In this document: positions 30,846 to 42,150 of the stretch, one piece after another
Position numbering within the stretch: the first letter of the stretch is position 1
How the letters are laid out: every line of letters starts with the position of its first letter
Assembly (NCBI GenBank): GCA_965222225.1
Contig: CBDCTK010000002.1
Coordinates: 2,720,001 to 2,784,000, forward strand
Direction of reading: 5' to 3'
DNA length: 64,000 nucleotides
From: Candidatus Poribacteria bacterium
GTDB lineage: Bacteria > Poribacteria > WGA-4E > JAJDTR01
Position numbers and translations under genes: made by a program
Notes under the pieces: model-generated
Databases searched by the model: none
Told to the model about the DNA's origin: nothing
What the model saw: the letters and a program-made list of their open reading frames with translations, nothing else

Positions 30846-32495
30846 ATGAGTTTCTTTCAAGAAGTGCTTGATAGAAACGATCTCATTTACAACGTGCTTC
30901 CACCGCAGTGGGTCTTTGGTCTGCCTATCGGCAATGGGCAGCTTGGCGGTATGGTCTGGGTCGAGGATTGAACGAAGGTGGTCATTACGTTAGATCACGT
31001 TTGGGCGTGGGATCTCCGCCAGCATCCCCGTGAAGACCCGGACAAACTCCGTTACGACAACTTGGTCGCCTTCAGAGGGCATCTGTTGCGAAAGGATCGA
31101 CTGTCCGACATTGTGGCGGGCAAGATTCCAATCGAGGCAGGCTTTCTGACGGACATTCTCTGCTCGGTGGATTGGAGTCTCTCGCTCCAAACGAAGACAC
31201 ATGTCGGGCGAGTTGTCATGGAGTTTGCCGAGAAAATCTCGGGGTCGGCGCGTCTTCATCTCCACGACGCTCAAGCTGTGCTCGAAATCCGCACTGAATC
31301 TGAAGATAGCGTTCACTTGGGTATCCGCGCCGATGCAAATTTGCCTGCGATTGTCATATCCCACAATTGCCGGGATGCCATTGAAGACATACGGATTGAA
31401 AGGGTATCGTCTGACGATTTGGTGCCGCATCTTCAATCCGTCGAACCCATCCCCGAGTGGTATAGACTCCCGGACTACGAACGAGGCAGTCAAGGGGAAA
31501 TCCGGTGGATTCGGCAGAACATCCCGGGGAGTCCGTCACTGGCGATCGCGCTGCTGCCGGGAGATAGCCAATCCTGCGTAACCGTACAAGCGGCTCTCGA
31601 CGCAGCCGATCCGGTCAACAGCGCCATAGAGGTGCTTGAGCAGGTCGTTTCAACCCCCGAACATTGCTTGGTGGAACATCGTGGCTGGTGGCGACGGTTT
31701 TGGGAGCGTTCCAGCCTGCAACTACCGGAGGCTAAAATCGAATCCCTCTGGTACATGGGGCTGTACCTTCTGGCGTCCTCCAGCCGTGAGAGCGGGGCGT
31801 CAGTGAGTTTGCATGGGCTATGGCAGCCGGACACAGCCAAATGCCGGCTTCACTGGGACTCTACATCTGGGACTTCTATCCGCAGTATTGGGGAATCTAT
31901 GGCGCAAACCACTTGGAATTGGGGACGGCGTACTACGATCACTGACTCTCAATCTTGCCGCGTCTCAAAGAGGAAACAGAGAAATTCTACGGATGGAAAG
32001 GGGTTTATGTTCCCGGGCAGATGGCGATTGATGGCTCCTGGCTTTTGGCTCCGTGGCCGCACGTGCTATTCTGGCCCGGAACGAGCGCTTGGGTGGCGCA
32101 GGCTTTCTGGTGGCACTACCTTTTCAGCGCTGATGAGGATTTCCTCAAGGAAAAAGCCTACCCCTTCATGCGGGAATGTATGCTGTTCTACGAAGGGTTC
32201 TTGAAAAAGGAAGATGATGGGAAGTATCATGTCCATCCCACGCAATCGCCGGAAGCCGGCGGCTGGGGACGAGATGATACGCTGACGCTCTCTCTTCTTC
32301 GCTACCTCATCAAGGGACTGTTAGAAGCTGTGGAAATTCTTGAGTTGGACGAACCGCATCAAGAAATCTGGTCAGAGATTCTTGAGAACCTTCCGGAATA
32401 CCATAAGGATGAGACAGGTTTTCATCTGAAAGAAGCTACCGCATACACGCAATGCCATCGCCACCTTTCGCATCTCGCGCCCATCTACCCCGAAG
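30846..32495 (+). pseudogene. GH95-like paralog, disrupted and truncated
   Basis: Homologous to 27413-29710; in-frame TGA at 30969, frameshift near 31850, homology ends after HRHLSHLAPIYP. Confidence 0.8.
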
Positions 32496-32811
32496 GAATC
32501 AGCTCAATCTGTCCAACCACAAAGCAAAAGATTATTCCCCAGCGTGGGCAGTGGATAATACAACAATTGCTTTTGTTTCCGAGCGAGATGGTAACAAAGA
32601 GATATATATCGTAGATGCCGAGGCGAAACTCCAGCCCCGTAACCTAACCAATCATCCGAGCGATGACGCAAGTCCTGCCTGGGTCCCGGTGTCGTCTCTG
32701 TCGGTATCTCCCACAGACAAGCGACCCCTCATGTGGGGTGAACTGAAAAAGTCAAAACTAGAGGGAACGACCGCCCCAGAGACCGATGAACCCAATGCAC
32801 GCGAGGATTGA
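32496..32811 (+). pseudogene. 3' fragment of a TolB/PD40 beta-propeller protein with WGELK C-terminal motif
   Basis: SPAW...IAFVSERDGNKEIYIV...RNLTNHPSDDASPAW...SVSPTDKRPLMWGELKK. Confidence 0.75.
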
Positions 32812-32998
32812 CGCCTGCAAAATATGACACATCAGAATTTATAAACACAGATTAGGAACGCGAGCAATTGGCATCACATCGAAATCTCGCCCGAAGAGGG
32901 CGGAAACAGCGCATTATCCGCTGAGCTGTGTACTTTGCAGGCGATCGACCTGCCAGCATTCCTCTTATCCGTCATAAACCGTCAGGCTTGCCAGCGCG

Positions 32999-34937
32999 AT
33001 GACAACTCCCATCTCACGACAAAGTGTCACCCTCCGCGCGGTACTGATTGCGCTGATTCTCACCGTCCCGAACGCCTATTGGCTGATGATTAATTGGGGA
33101 CCGGGGGGCTATGACACGGGCCAGAGTTTTCCCACCGTCGTCTCGCTGTACTTCAACGTTATTTTCATTATACTGTTGTTAATTGGCTGGAACTACCTCG
33201 CTCGGCTCTTCGCCCCACAGGGACAGATCGGAGACGGTGAGTTGATGGTCATCTATCTGCTTCTGGCAGTGGCATCATCCTTGGCAGGGCATGACATGCT
33301 CCAGATTTTCTGGCCCCTCATGACGCAGTCAATCTGGTACGCCACCCCCGAGAACGAGTGGGTGAAGTTATTCCATCACCACACCCCCGACTGGCTGACG
33401 ATTAAGGACCGAGATGCGCTCGCTTCGTTCTATCACGGCGAATCGAGCCTTTACATCTGGAGTAACCTGCGACTCTGGCTGAGGCCTGTGCTCTGGTGGT
33501 CCGCGCTGCTTATTGTCCTGACGGGGATGATGCTCTGTCTCACGGTGCTCATCCGTCGCCAATGGATTCGCCATGAGCGATTGACATACCCAATCATCCA
33601 GATTCCGCTCCTACTTACTGAACGGAGTGGCGGGGGGTTATTTTCAAACAGGCTGTTTTGGATCGGGTTCATCGTCGCAGGGATGATAAACCTGGTCAAT
33701 GGTATCCATTTTCTATTCCCGGTTGTGCCCAGTGTTGGCGGGATTGGCCACAATCCGTTTGAAATGGGCTATGACCTCGGACAGTTTTTTACCGAAAAGC
33801 CACTCAGCGCAATCGGTTATACTCCTGTCGCTTTTTATCCCTTCGCTATAGGGTTGAGTTTTTTTATTCCCCTCAGTCTTTCATTTTCACTCTGGTTCTT
33901 CTATCTGTTCCACAAAGTGGTTCAGGTCTGGCAAACCACATTAGGACTTGAACGGCTGGTGTCGAGTTTTGGACCTCAAGCGCAACTGTTTGGCGCATGG
34001 TTTGGCATTGGTATTGCTGCGCTGTGGGCAACCCGCCGATTTCTGGTACAGCAGTTCAAGCTTGTCTTTCGGGATAATGACGAAGACGATCAAGAAGTTC
34101 GTATGGTGAGACACGCTCTGGTGGGCTTGACACTGGGTGGGGTGTTTGTTTTGTTCTTCTGTATCAGCGCCGGGGTATCCGCGTTCCTCGTGCTGGCGTA
34201 TCTCGTCCTGTTTCTTGTGCTTGCGCTTGCCATTACGCGGGTGCGCGCCGAAGTTGGACCACCGACGCATGATGCACTCTGGAATCCCGGCAACGTCTTG
34301 GTCATCTTTCTGGGCACCCGCCGTTTGGCTCGAATGCTCTATCGCTGTTCATAATGTTTCGGGGCTTCAACCGATCATACCGCTGTCACCCAATGCCGGT
34401 CATGCTTGAAGGTTTCAAAGCCGCCGAATTGCGTTATATGTCTCTACGCCGGCTTGTGCTTGCTATCATGCTGGTAACAGTCGTCGGTATCATCTCATCT
34501 GCGTGGGCTTTTTATTCACAAGGTTATCGCTACGGTGCCGGAGCCTACGGCGAGCACTGGGGCATCGGTGCCTTTAATCAGTTGCGCGCATGGTTGGTAA
34601 CGCCTCAGTCGCCGTCCTCGGTAGAAATTACGATAGCAGTCTCGTCGCTCACCTTTACAGGGCTGCTGGCGGGATTTCACAGGCGTTTTATCTGGTGGCC
34701 CTTCACCCCGCAGCATACGCCATCGGGATTGGGTACCCAACCATGCATTGGTACTGGTTCTCAATCTTCATGAGTTGGTTGGCCAAGTTAATTCTGTTTC
34801 ACCTTGGCGGGGTGCGCGCCTATCGGAAAGCAGTGCCGCTTTTCGCCGGACTTGTCATTGGTGAATTCGTTGGCGGCGCGCTCTGGGCTTTGATTGGCAT
34901 TGGTCTGGAAAACCCGATGTACCGCTTTATGTTTTAG
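32999..34937 (+). CDS. Polytopic membrane protein (OPT-like DUF6785/DUF6784 family) with two apparent -1 indels
   Basis: TPENEW, ERLTYPI, RVRAEVGPPTH, WWPLHP; three ORFs join if one G (~34327) and one C (~34699) are added to homopolymers. Confidence 0.75.
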
Positions 34938-35113
34938 GCGTGAGATGATGAAGCATGTAGTTGTGAGTCTCCCAGGTTCGCCACAGCGCGGCTTGACCCC
35001 ACCAGTCTACCACATATGATACGGAATTTTGGGTAAAATCCCAGCATTCAATCGCCAAACTGATGAAATAAAATCGCGTCAAGCATCGTAGTCACGAAAA
35101 GGAGGGCAAATTA

Positions 35114-36400
35114 GTGAAGTTTACCGAAGACATATTACAGCGAAATGATCTGGTTTACAAAGTCTTTCCACCCCGCTGGGTGTTCGGACTGCCCATCGGC
35201 AACGGTTAGGTCGGTGGAATGATTTGGGTGGAAGACGAAGCCAAGGGGTTGTTGTCACGCTTGGCAGCGTGTGGGCGTGGGACCACCGTCATGGCCCTGT
35301 AGGTGCTACCTATGCCCGGTTTCGAGAACTCATGGCAGCGGGAAAAGAGGAGGAGTTACGCCAAAATCCCAACCGTGGCGATATTCTGCCGAGGAAGACG
35401 TACGTGGGTCGCCTCGTGATCGACGTGGGTCAAGAGATATCGGGGAAAGCCCGACTGCGTCTGCGAGATGCCGTGGTCGAACTTGAGGTTCGCACCGGCG
35501 ATGGCGAAGCAATCCATCTGGAGCTCGTTGCCTATGCAAATCTCCCCGCCATCGCCGTAGATCACCCTCAAACCTGCATCAAAGAGATTTGGCTCGAACG
35601 ACTCGGTACCGAAACTGTTGGCTTGCACGACGCTCCTGAACACATATATGGCAGGTCGGAATCGGTTGAGTGGATTCGCCAAGACATCCCAGAGAACTCC
35701 TCAATTGTAATTGGGCTGCGCCGTGGAGAGACACAATCCTTCACAACAGTCCAAGTTACGCGGAACGGGATTGATCCGGCCGAAGAAGCCGTAAACGTAC
35801 TTGAGAGGGCATCGGCAGCTCCCGACGAGCACCTCGAAAATCATCGCGCCTAGTGGGGACGCTTTTGGGACAAATCCGGCGTTCAGGTGCCGGAACGAGA
35901 AGATTGAATCGCTCTGGTATATGGGGCTATATATGCTCGCTTCCTCAAGCCGCGAAAACGGATGCGCGGCAAGCCTGCATGGGCTCTGGTCACCCGATAG
36001 TTGCATCCCCCCGCGCACGGTTTCTATATCTGGGACTTCTACTCACAGCATTGGGGACTTTACACAGCAAACCATCTGGAGCTTGGCGAGGTGTTCTGTG
36101 ACCATTTTCTATCAATTCTACCGCGTCTCAAAGAACAGACCCGGCAGTTCTACGGATGGGATGGCGTTTTTGTCCCCGGCGTCATGAGCGTTGACGGATC
36201 GTGGATTCGCGTCGGGCACAACGAGTTGCTGCTCTGGCCAGGAGCTACCGCATGGGTAGCGCAAGCTTTTTGGTGGCAATATCTCTAGTCATGACACCCA
36301 TTTCCTTAGGGAGAAGGCATATCCATTTATGCGCGAGTGTATGCTGTTCTATGAACGGTTGCTCAAAAAGGGGGAAGACGGCAAGTATCATCTCTACACC
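35114..36400 (+). pseudogene. Third GH95-like copy, pseudogene
   Basis: DNA closely matches 27413-28700; TAG stops at ~35207 and 35851, several frameshifts, 3' truncation. Confidence 0.85.
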
Positions 36401-36625
36401 CGCGGGGCGCCACGAAATTTGTGTGATGCTTAAGACATCTGTTGCACCTCTGGTGCTTGTGTTTATCTGGTTGCGTGTCCTCTATACACCTTCCGCCTCT
36501 CCGGGGCTTTTACTGTATCGTGCATTTTGTCGCGTGTGATCGGCCATCGTGAAATCATCAATTTCCACTCGTATCTTCAAGGTGTATAGAACTACCAACC
36601 CGCCTTACCCCAAAGCACCTTGCGC

Positions 36626-37432
36626 CTAACCCAAATCCTGCAAATGACTTACGGCTCCCGTATTCCCGAACCCCAAATCAATCGCTCCCTGGAGCATCTT
36701 CCGACGCCGCGGACCTGCCGTAGAAATTAGGCGATCGCTGTAAAACCGCCCCCACCCTCTTGTTTCACCGGCAAGGAAGCCAACGAGCCAATCAAGATGC
36801 TCTTGGTTCTTCTCGGCGCTCGTGTTCTGCACACAGTTGATGTGGATGGCGCGCCGCCCCGGCGTATCACTCAGCGACGAGTGAAATGTCTTGTGATTCA
36901 TAAAGATTATATCGCCCGGCTCGTTGATGAGAGGATACCGACCCGGAATGTCCTCCGGCTTAACGCCAATTTCGTTCATGTGCCGTGCCAGGGATTCCCG
37001 ATACTCTTTGAAGTGGCTACCCGGAATCACGTTAAGGCACCCGTCGTCGGGATCGAGTGGATCCAAATACATCGCCGCTCTCATACTGAAGAATCCCTCC
37101 GGACCGCAGGCATCATGATGCCATCCGCTGCCCCCGGTATGCAGAATTCCCTCGCTAACCGTCAGGATGAAGTCCTCACCCATCAAGGTTGAAAAAACAT
37201 CCATAGTTCGTTCGTCATCCAGAAAGGGGTAGAACGTTTCAGGATCATAGTCGAAGAACGGAACGACCTGTTGTCTCGGCTCACCGCTTACCGGTGCCTG
37301 AGCGCCTTTACGCGCCCGCTCCATCGCGCTATCGAAAGCCGAGGAAAGTTTATCAACCTCCTCCGGCGAAAAGAACTTCCTATAATGGACAAATCCCAAC
37401 GTTTCGAAATGACGAATCTCTTCCTGAGTCAT
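36626..37432 (-). CDS. PhyH-family dioxygenase
   Basis: WHHD, CLNVIPGSH, FHSS. Confidence 0.87.
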   Translation of the reverse strand: MTQEEIRHFETLGFVHYRKFFSPEEVDKLSSAFDSAMERARKGAQAPVSGEPRQQVVPFFDYDPETFYPFLDDERTMDVFSTLMGEDFILTVSEGILHTGGSGWHHDACGPEGFFSMRAAMYLDPLDPDDGCLNVIPGSHFKEYRESLARHMNEIGVKPEDIPGRYPLINEPGDIIFMNHKTFHSSLSDTPGRRAIHINCVQNTSAEKNQEHLDWLVGFLAGETRGWGRFYSDRLISTAGPRRRKMLQGAIDLGFGNTGAVSHLQDLG

Positions 37433-37460
37433 AAATCTCTGCTCCTTTCTACGAGTTGAT

Positions 37461-38612
37461 TCAGCGTCGCCGGCTGTATCGGCTATCCCACATTCTTCCT
37501 TCCAGCGACCACGGTGACGATTGATGAAGTTTTGAAAACAAAGCTTTTGCCTCTACTGATTCCTTCAGTGGCAGCTTGACGGTTGCTCCACGCATCACGG
37601 AAAGATATGCCGCATTGACGATTTCAACAACCGCCCTTCCATCTGCGCTATTAGGCTGCGGCTCCTCATCGTTCACAATACATTCGCAAAAGTGTTCCAG
37701 CGCGCGGAGATATTGCCAATCTTCGCGGATTCTTTGGCTAGGATGCCACGGAGCATCAAGGGTGAGATCTGTCGCTGTGCGACTGTTCTCGTATAGTGTC
37801 ATCAATGCCGGCTCCAGCGTGGACGTGCTGTGAGACAACCAACGCATTACGAGGGTGCCGTGCGTGCCGAAAATCTCGTAACTTTCTTCACCCACGGCAT
37901 GCGTCAGTCCAGTAACCTGCAACGTGCTCATCGCGCCGCTTTCATGTCTCAGCACCACACAACCCACATCCTCGGTCGGATGATGCTCCGGTGCAGCAAT
38001 CATCGCGTGTGCGGTCACCTCGGACACGTCGCCCAACCACCAGCGGCACACATCAAACGGGTGTGAACCGTCCTCCTGAATCATGCCCCCGCCGGATTCG
38101 ACCGTCATCCGGAATGCCTCGCCGCTAGGTCCTCTGACCTTGACATTGTCCCACCGCGCTCTCACCTCAAAAACCTCCCCTAGCCGCCCCTCCTCTATCA
38201 ACTCCTTTACTCGCTGAAACGACCAGTTGAACCTTTTCATGAAGACGGTCATCAGCTTTACACCGCCTGCCTCGCAAGCGCCAATCATTTCGTCCGCACC
38301 CTCTAGCGTAGGCGCCATCGGTTTCTCGCAGAAGATGTGTTTTCCCGCCTTCGCTGCCGCGACGACCGGCGCCAGGTGATGCTGCGGCGGCGTGAGTACC
38401 ATCACCCCATCTACGTTCCCATCATTTAAGATTCCATCCAAATTCGTGTAGACGCGCTTGACCCCGTGACGTTCCTGTAGGACTTTCACTCGCTCTGCGT
38501 TTAGGTCCATGACCGCGGCGAGTTCACCCTTCTCCATGTATTCAAATGCCGGACCATACAGGATGTCGGACGCCAAACCGCAACCAATAACGCCTAGCTT
38601 TACTTTTCCCAT
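37461..38612 (-). CDS. Gfo/Idh/MocA oxidoreductase
   Basis: GVIGCG, HIFCEKPMA, DGSHPFD. Confidence 0.92.
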   Translation of the reverse strand: MGKVKLGVIGCGLASDILYGPAFEYMEKGELAAVMDLNAERVKVLQERHGVKRVYTNLDGILNDGNVDGVMVLTPPQHHLAPVVAAAKAGKHIFCEKPMAPTLEGADEMIGACEAGGVKLMTVFMKRFNWSFQRVKELIEEGRLGEVFEVRARWDNVKVRGPSGEAFRMTVESGGGMIQEDGSHPFDVCRWWLGDVSEVTAHAMIAAPEHHPTEDVGCVVLRHESGAMSTLQVTGLTHAVGEESYEIFGTHGTLVMRWLSHSTSTLEPALMTLYENSRTATDLTLDAPWHPSQRIREDWQYLRALEHFCECIVNDEEPQPNSADGRAVVEIVNAAYLSVMRGATVKLPLKESVEAKALFSKLHQSSPWSLEGRMWDSRYSRRR

Positions 38613-38672
38613 TCGATTATCCTTGATTCGATTATCCTTGATTTCCCAATCTTGAGTAGTCGGCGACTTCGC

Positions 38673-39617
38673 TTAGCGCGGAGCGCATTTTTCAACGTAT
38701 GCCTTTAGTCCCTGTTCTAATGTATATTCAGGTCGGTACCCCAATTCCTCGTATGCTGCGGAGCAGTCCATTTTAAGGGCTTCCGCGGTTTTCATCGTCG
38801 ACGGCATCGGCACATCGCCGAATTCGATATCCGCAGCCGGCAGCAGAGCCTTCAAAATCGCCGCCATATCTCCCAAGGTGTACGGTTCCTCTCCGCAGAC
38901 GTTAAACACCCGTCTCTCCGTTTTTGGAGCAGTCAAGGCAAGCGTCATTGCTCTTACGTTGTCGTCGGCATAAACCCAATGAAAGCCAGTTGACTCATGG
39001 AAGGGAATGACAACCGAATTTCCAAGGGCGACCTTTTCGACGACATCAAGAACCACTGCCGACGCATACTCCCGCTCCAGTTCACCCGCCATCAGACGCC
39101 CCCTAGCCCCATAGTTCATCCCGAAACGCAGACCGATGGTATCGAGGCCAAATTCGTTATGGAAGTGATTTCCCATCACCTCATTGAGGCGCTTGAGGTG
39201 GCCATAAAGCGTCGTGGGACTGCACGGTGCGTCCTCCTTTGGACCGAGTGGGTTGACCGCGTCGGTAGTTGCATATACAACACGCTCGAGGCCCATAATC
39301 CGAGCGACTTCAAAGATGTTGTTCGTGCCTTCCCCGTTAATCTGAATAGCCAATGTCGGATCTTTGCGAATCGCGGCTTCGGGCAGATACGCTGCGAGGT
39401 GCATAATGTGGCTGACTGCGTGGGTCTCAATCGTCTCAAACAATTTCACAGTGTCGCGGATGTCCCCACGGACAACTTTTATCTTATCTTGGATCTCCAC
39501 GACTCTCGCGGGCGTCGGATTCAAATCGTAGGCGACTACCTCGTTCCCCCTCGCAACCAGACCCTTAGCCAAATTTGAACCGATGAAACCTGTTCCTCCA
39601 GTAATTATGACCTTCAT
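38673..39617 (-). CDS. NAD-dependent epimerase/dehydratase
   Basis: TGGTGFIG, YGHLK. Confidence 0.9.
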   Translation of the reverse strand: MKVIITGGTGFIGSNLAKGLVARGNEVVAYDLNPTPARVVEIQDKIKVVRGDIRDTVKLFETIETHAVSHIMHLAAYLPEAAIRKDPTLAIQINGEGTNNIFEVARIMGLERVVYATTDAVNPLGPKEDAPCSPTTLYGHLKRLNEVMGNHFHNEFGLDTIGLRFGMNYGARGRLMAGELEREYASAVVLDVVEKVALGNSVVIPFHESTGFHWVYADDNVRAMTLALTAPKTERRVFNVCGEEPYTLGDMAAILKALLPAADIEFGDVPMPSTMKTAEALKMDCSAAYEELGYRPEYTLEQGLKAYVEKCAPR

Positions 39618-40401
39618 AATTGACACCCTTTTCGTTATCTTTCAGACTACACCGAACTCGTGGCGCCGCATCTCGACTTGCACAAGCACGATTTTATGAC
39701 AATTTCAGACTGCTGTCAAGCAATCAGTGTTGGAAGATTGGGAAAGCACTTCCTGATTCTTGAGGATCTTCAATCGTCAAATCATTGATTTACCCACTTT
39801 TCTATCTCCACTCATGTAAAATGCTTTAGGACTTACCCGCCTCAGACTGTAGGGATCAAGGGAACGATCAACTGAGTAGATAGCGAAGGAGCAACTGACC
39901 GATCAACCGAGTGGACAGCGAGGGCGATAGAGATCTTCTAGAGAAGGCGGTAGAGATCCCATAGTAAATCCCACAGTGACTACGATATAGGTTCCTAGGC
40001 AGATCTGTGCGTTCCCTACTCTCTACTAACCATTGCTCTTACCAATTTCCATTGACAATCATCAGATCGCCAATTTCCCTTCTTATCTTCATAATGTATG
40101 ACAAGGCCGTAACCCCGAACACTTGTAGGAGCGATCTCCCGATCGCGACTTCCTGTCGCAAGTACAGAAAAGGGGAAATCGACAATTTGATAGTCGAAAA
40201 TCGCACCTAAAGAAGACGCGGAATGAATTACATTACTACAAACCAAACTGCGTGAGCTCTATATGTATAATTCTTGGTTGCAATAACTATAGATGTGCTT
40301 GCCGTGCCTTCGGTCATTATAGATTTTGACAATCCTAACGGAAACTGATATAATCCACAATCGTCTTCACTAAATTCTTGGCGGCCAAGGCACAGGAACA
40401 A

Positions 40402-42150
40402 ATGCACGAATCCAAACAAAACAAACGAAAACCCGATTCCTCAATCTCTCGTCGGCGTTTCCTGATGATGACGGGGACTAGCGTTATTGCCCTCGTTGTC
40501 CCGCCGGCGAGCGATGGAGAACGAATGGGGACAACCATTATGCCCACCGAACCCGAAACTCGCATCCCCGACACGTTGGATTTGGTAGAACGCGCCGACT
40601 TCGTGATTAACGCCATCACGCGATGCACCAACCCGGAAGCGGAACACGCCGTTTACTTCTACACAAACCTTAATCGCAATCCACCAGTGATGGTCCGCCA
40701 AATCCCGCTGTACGGAAAGTTCATCGAAGGCCTCTCTCTAGCGCGGCTGATGACCGGCAGCACTTTCAATGAACATGTGGATTGCATCTGGCAGGAGGCG
40801 CTGTTACGGAAATTAGACGAAGAGAAACCCGTGCTCTTGGGACCCGAGGGTGGTAGACAGACGGCGTGGCTGGGAATTCAGTATGCAATCTCCAAAAATT
40901 CCAAGTGGAAAGAGCTGGGCGAGAGCGCTATTCGACGCGCACTCGACGCCGCGGTACATAAAGACGACTACTGCTACTTCCCCCACGACCCGGCAACCAT
41001 GCCGACCGGGTGGGCGGCAACCCTTCAGGGATGGACACTCCAAGGTGTGACGCAATTTTACAACGCCACAGGTTCCGAATTTGCCCTGGAGCTCGCAGGA
41101 AAACTCGCGCGTTACCTGAAAGATTACGCCCAAGTCTTCGACGCCGAAGGCAAGTTTCTCTCGCGTCACGACGTATCGATTCCGCTGAGTCCCGAGTCTC
41201 CCCTAGGGCCGGCGCTCCATTTTCATCACAACGGCAACGCTATGGACGCCCTGGCGGAGTATGCCTTGGCAACCGGCGACGCCGAATTCACCGAGTTCGT
41301 AAAGAAGAGTTATCGCTACGCCCGCTCGCTCAAGGATTCCTCTCCGCTCGTCGGCTTTTTCCCCGAATACATCGAGGACTGGCCCGATGAGCGTGGAGTC
41401 GTTGATAGCGAGGGCTGTTGTGTCGTTGATATGCTACTGACCGCGCTCTGGTTGACCAAGGCGGGTGTGGGCGATTATTGGGATGATATTGACCGCTACC
41501 TAAGAAACCAATTCGCGGAGATGCAGATGACCTCCGGTGACTGGATAACGCACATGGCAGAGAAACGACCGCCTCAACCCATTGGAGAGGACGAAGTTGC
41601 GGTCGGAGCCCCGGACCGATGTGTAGGCAGTTTCGCGGGATGGTCGTCCGCCAACGATTTCTACGTCGGTGCGGGAAACGGAATCATGCACTGTTGTACC
41701 GGCAACGGCGCGCGCGCGCTGTATTACCTCTGGGATAACATGATTGATTTCAGAAAGGGCGAGCTTCACCTGCACCTGCTCGTCAATCGTGTCTCACCTT
41801 GGGCGGAAGTCGCAAGTTATATTCCGCATCAGGGGCGTGTTGACTTCAAATTAAAACAGGAGTGTACCCGCGTCATCCTGCGTGTCCCCGAATGGATTGA
41901 AACTCGGAATTCGGCGATATCCTGCAAACTCAACGGCGCTCCGCACAATTTAGGTTGGGACGGACGTTATGTCGCTGTGGAAGGCGCATCGCCGGGCGAT
42001 ACAATCCAACTGAACTTTCCCATCCCCGAGCGAACAGTTGAGGAAACAATCGGTGAGGTAGACTACACGCTCAGGTTGAGAGGCAATAACGTGGTTTCAA
42101 TCTCGCCACCGGGAAAAAATTACCCCTTCTATCAGGCAGGTAGCGAATGA
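40402..42150 (+). CDS. Tat-exported GH127/GH146-like (alpha/alpha)6 glycoside hydrolase
   Basis: SRRRFL twin-arginine motif; EGCC and HCCTGN motifs; LRVPEW. Confidence 0.7.
   Translation: MHESKQNKRKPDSSISRRRFLMMTGTSVIALVVPPASDGERMGTTIMPTEPETRIPDTLDLVERADFVINAITRCTNPEAEHAVYFYTNLNRNPPVMVRQIPLYGKFIEGLSLARLMTGSTFNEHVDCIWQEALLRKLDEEKPVLLGPEGGRQTAWLGIQYAISKNSKWKELGESAIRRALDAAVHKDDYCYFPHDPATMPTGWAATLQGWTLQGVTQFYNATGSEFALELAGKLARYLKDYAQVFDAEGKFLSRHDVSIPLSPESPLGPALHFHHNGNAMDALAEYALATGDAEFTEFVKKSYRYARSLKDSSPLVGFFPEYIEDWPDERGVVDSEGCCVVDMLLTALWLTKAGVGDYWDDIDRYLRNQFAEMQMTSGDWITHMAEKRPPQPIGEDEVAVGAPDRCVGSFAGWSSANDFYVGAGNGIMHCCTGNGARALYYLWDNMIDFRKGELHLHLLVNRVSPWAEVASYIPHQGRVDFKLKQECTRVILRVPEWIETRNSAISCKLNGAPHNLGWDGRYVAVEGASPGDTIQLNFPIPERTVEETIGEVDYTLRLRGNNVVSISPPGKNYPFYQAGSE

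Noticed and set aside
30969-30971. In-frame TGA in GH95 copy 2 as selenocysteine
   Set aside because: Aligns with Asp in the paralog, and the gene has other lesions.
34320-34705. Programmed frameshifting or pseudogene in the membrane transporter
   Set aside because: Both breaks are single-base losses in short homopolymers; sequencing error is more likely. The same caveat applies to the indel near 45751.
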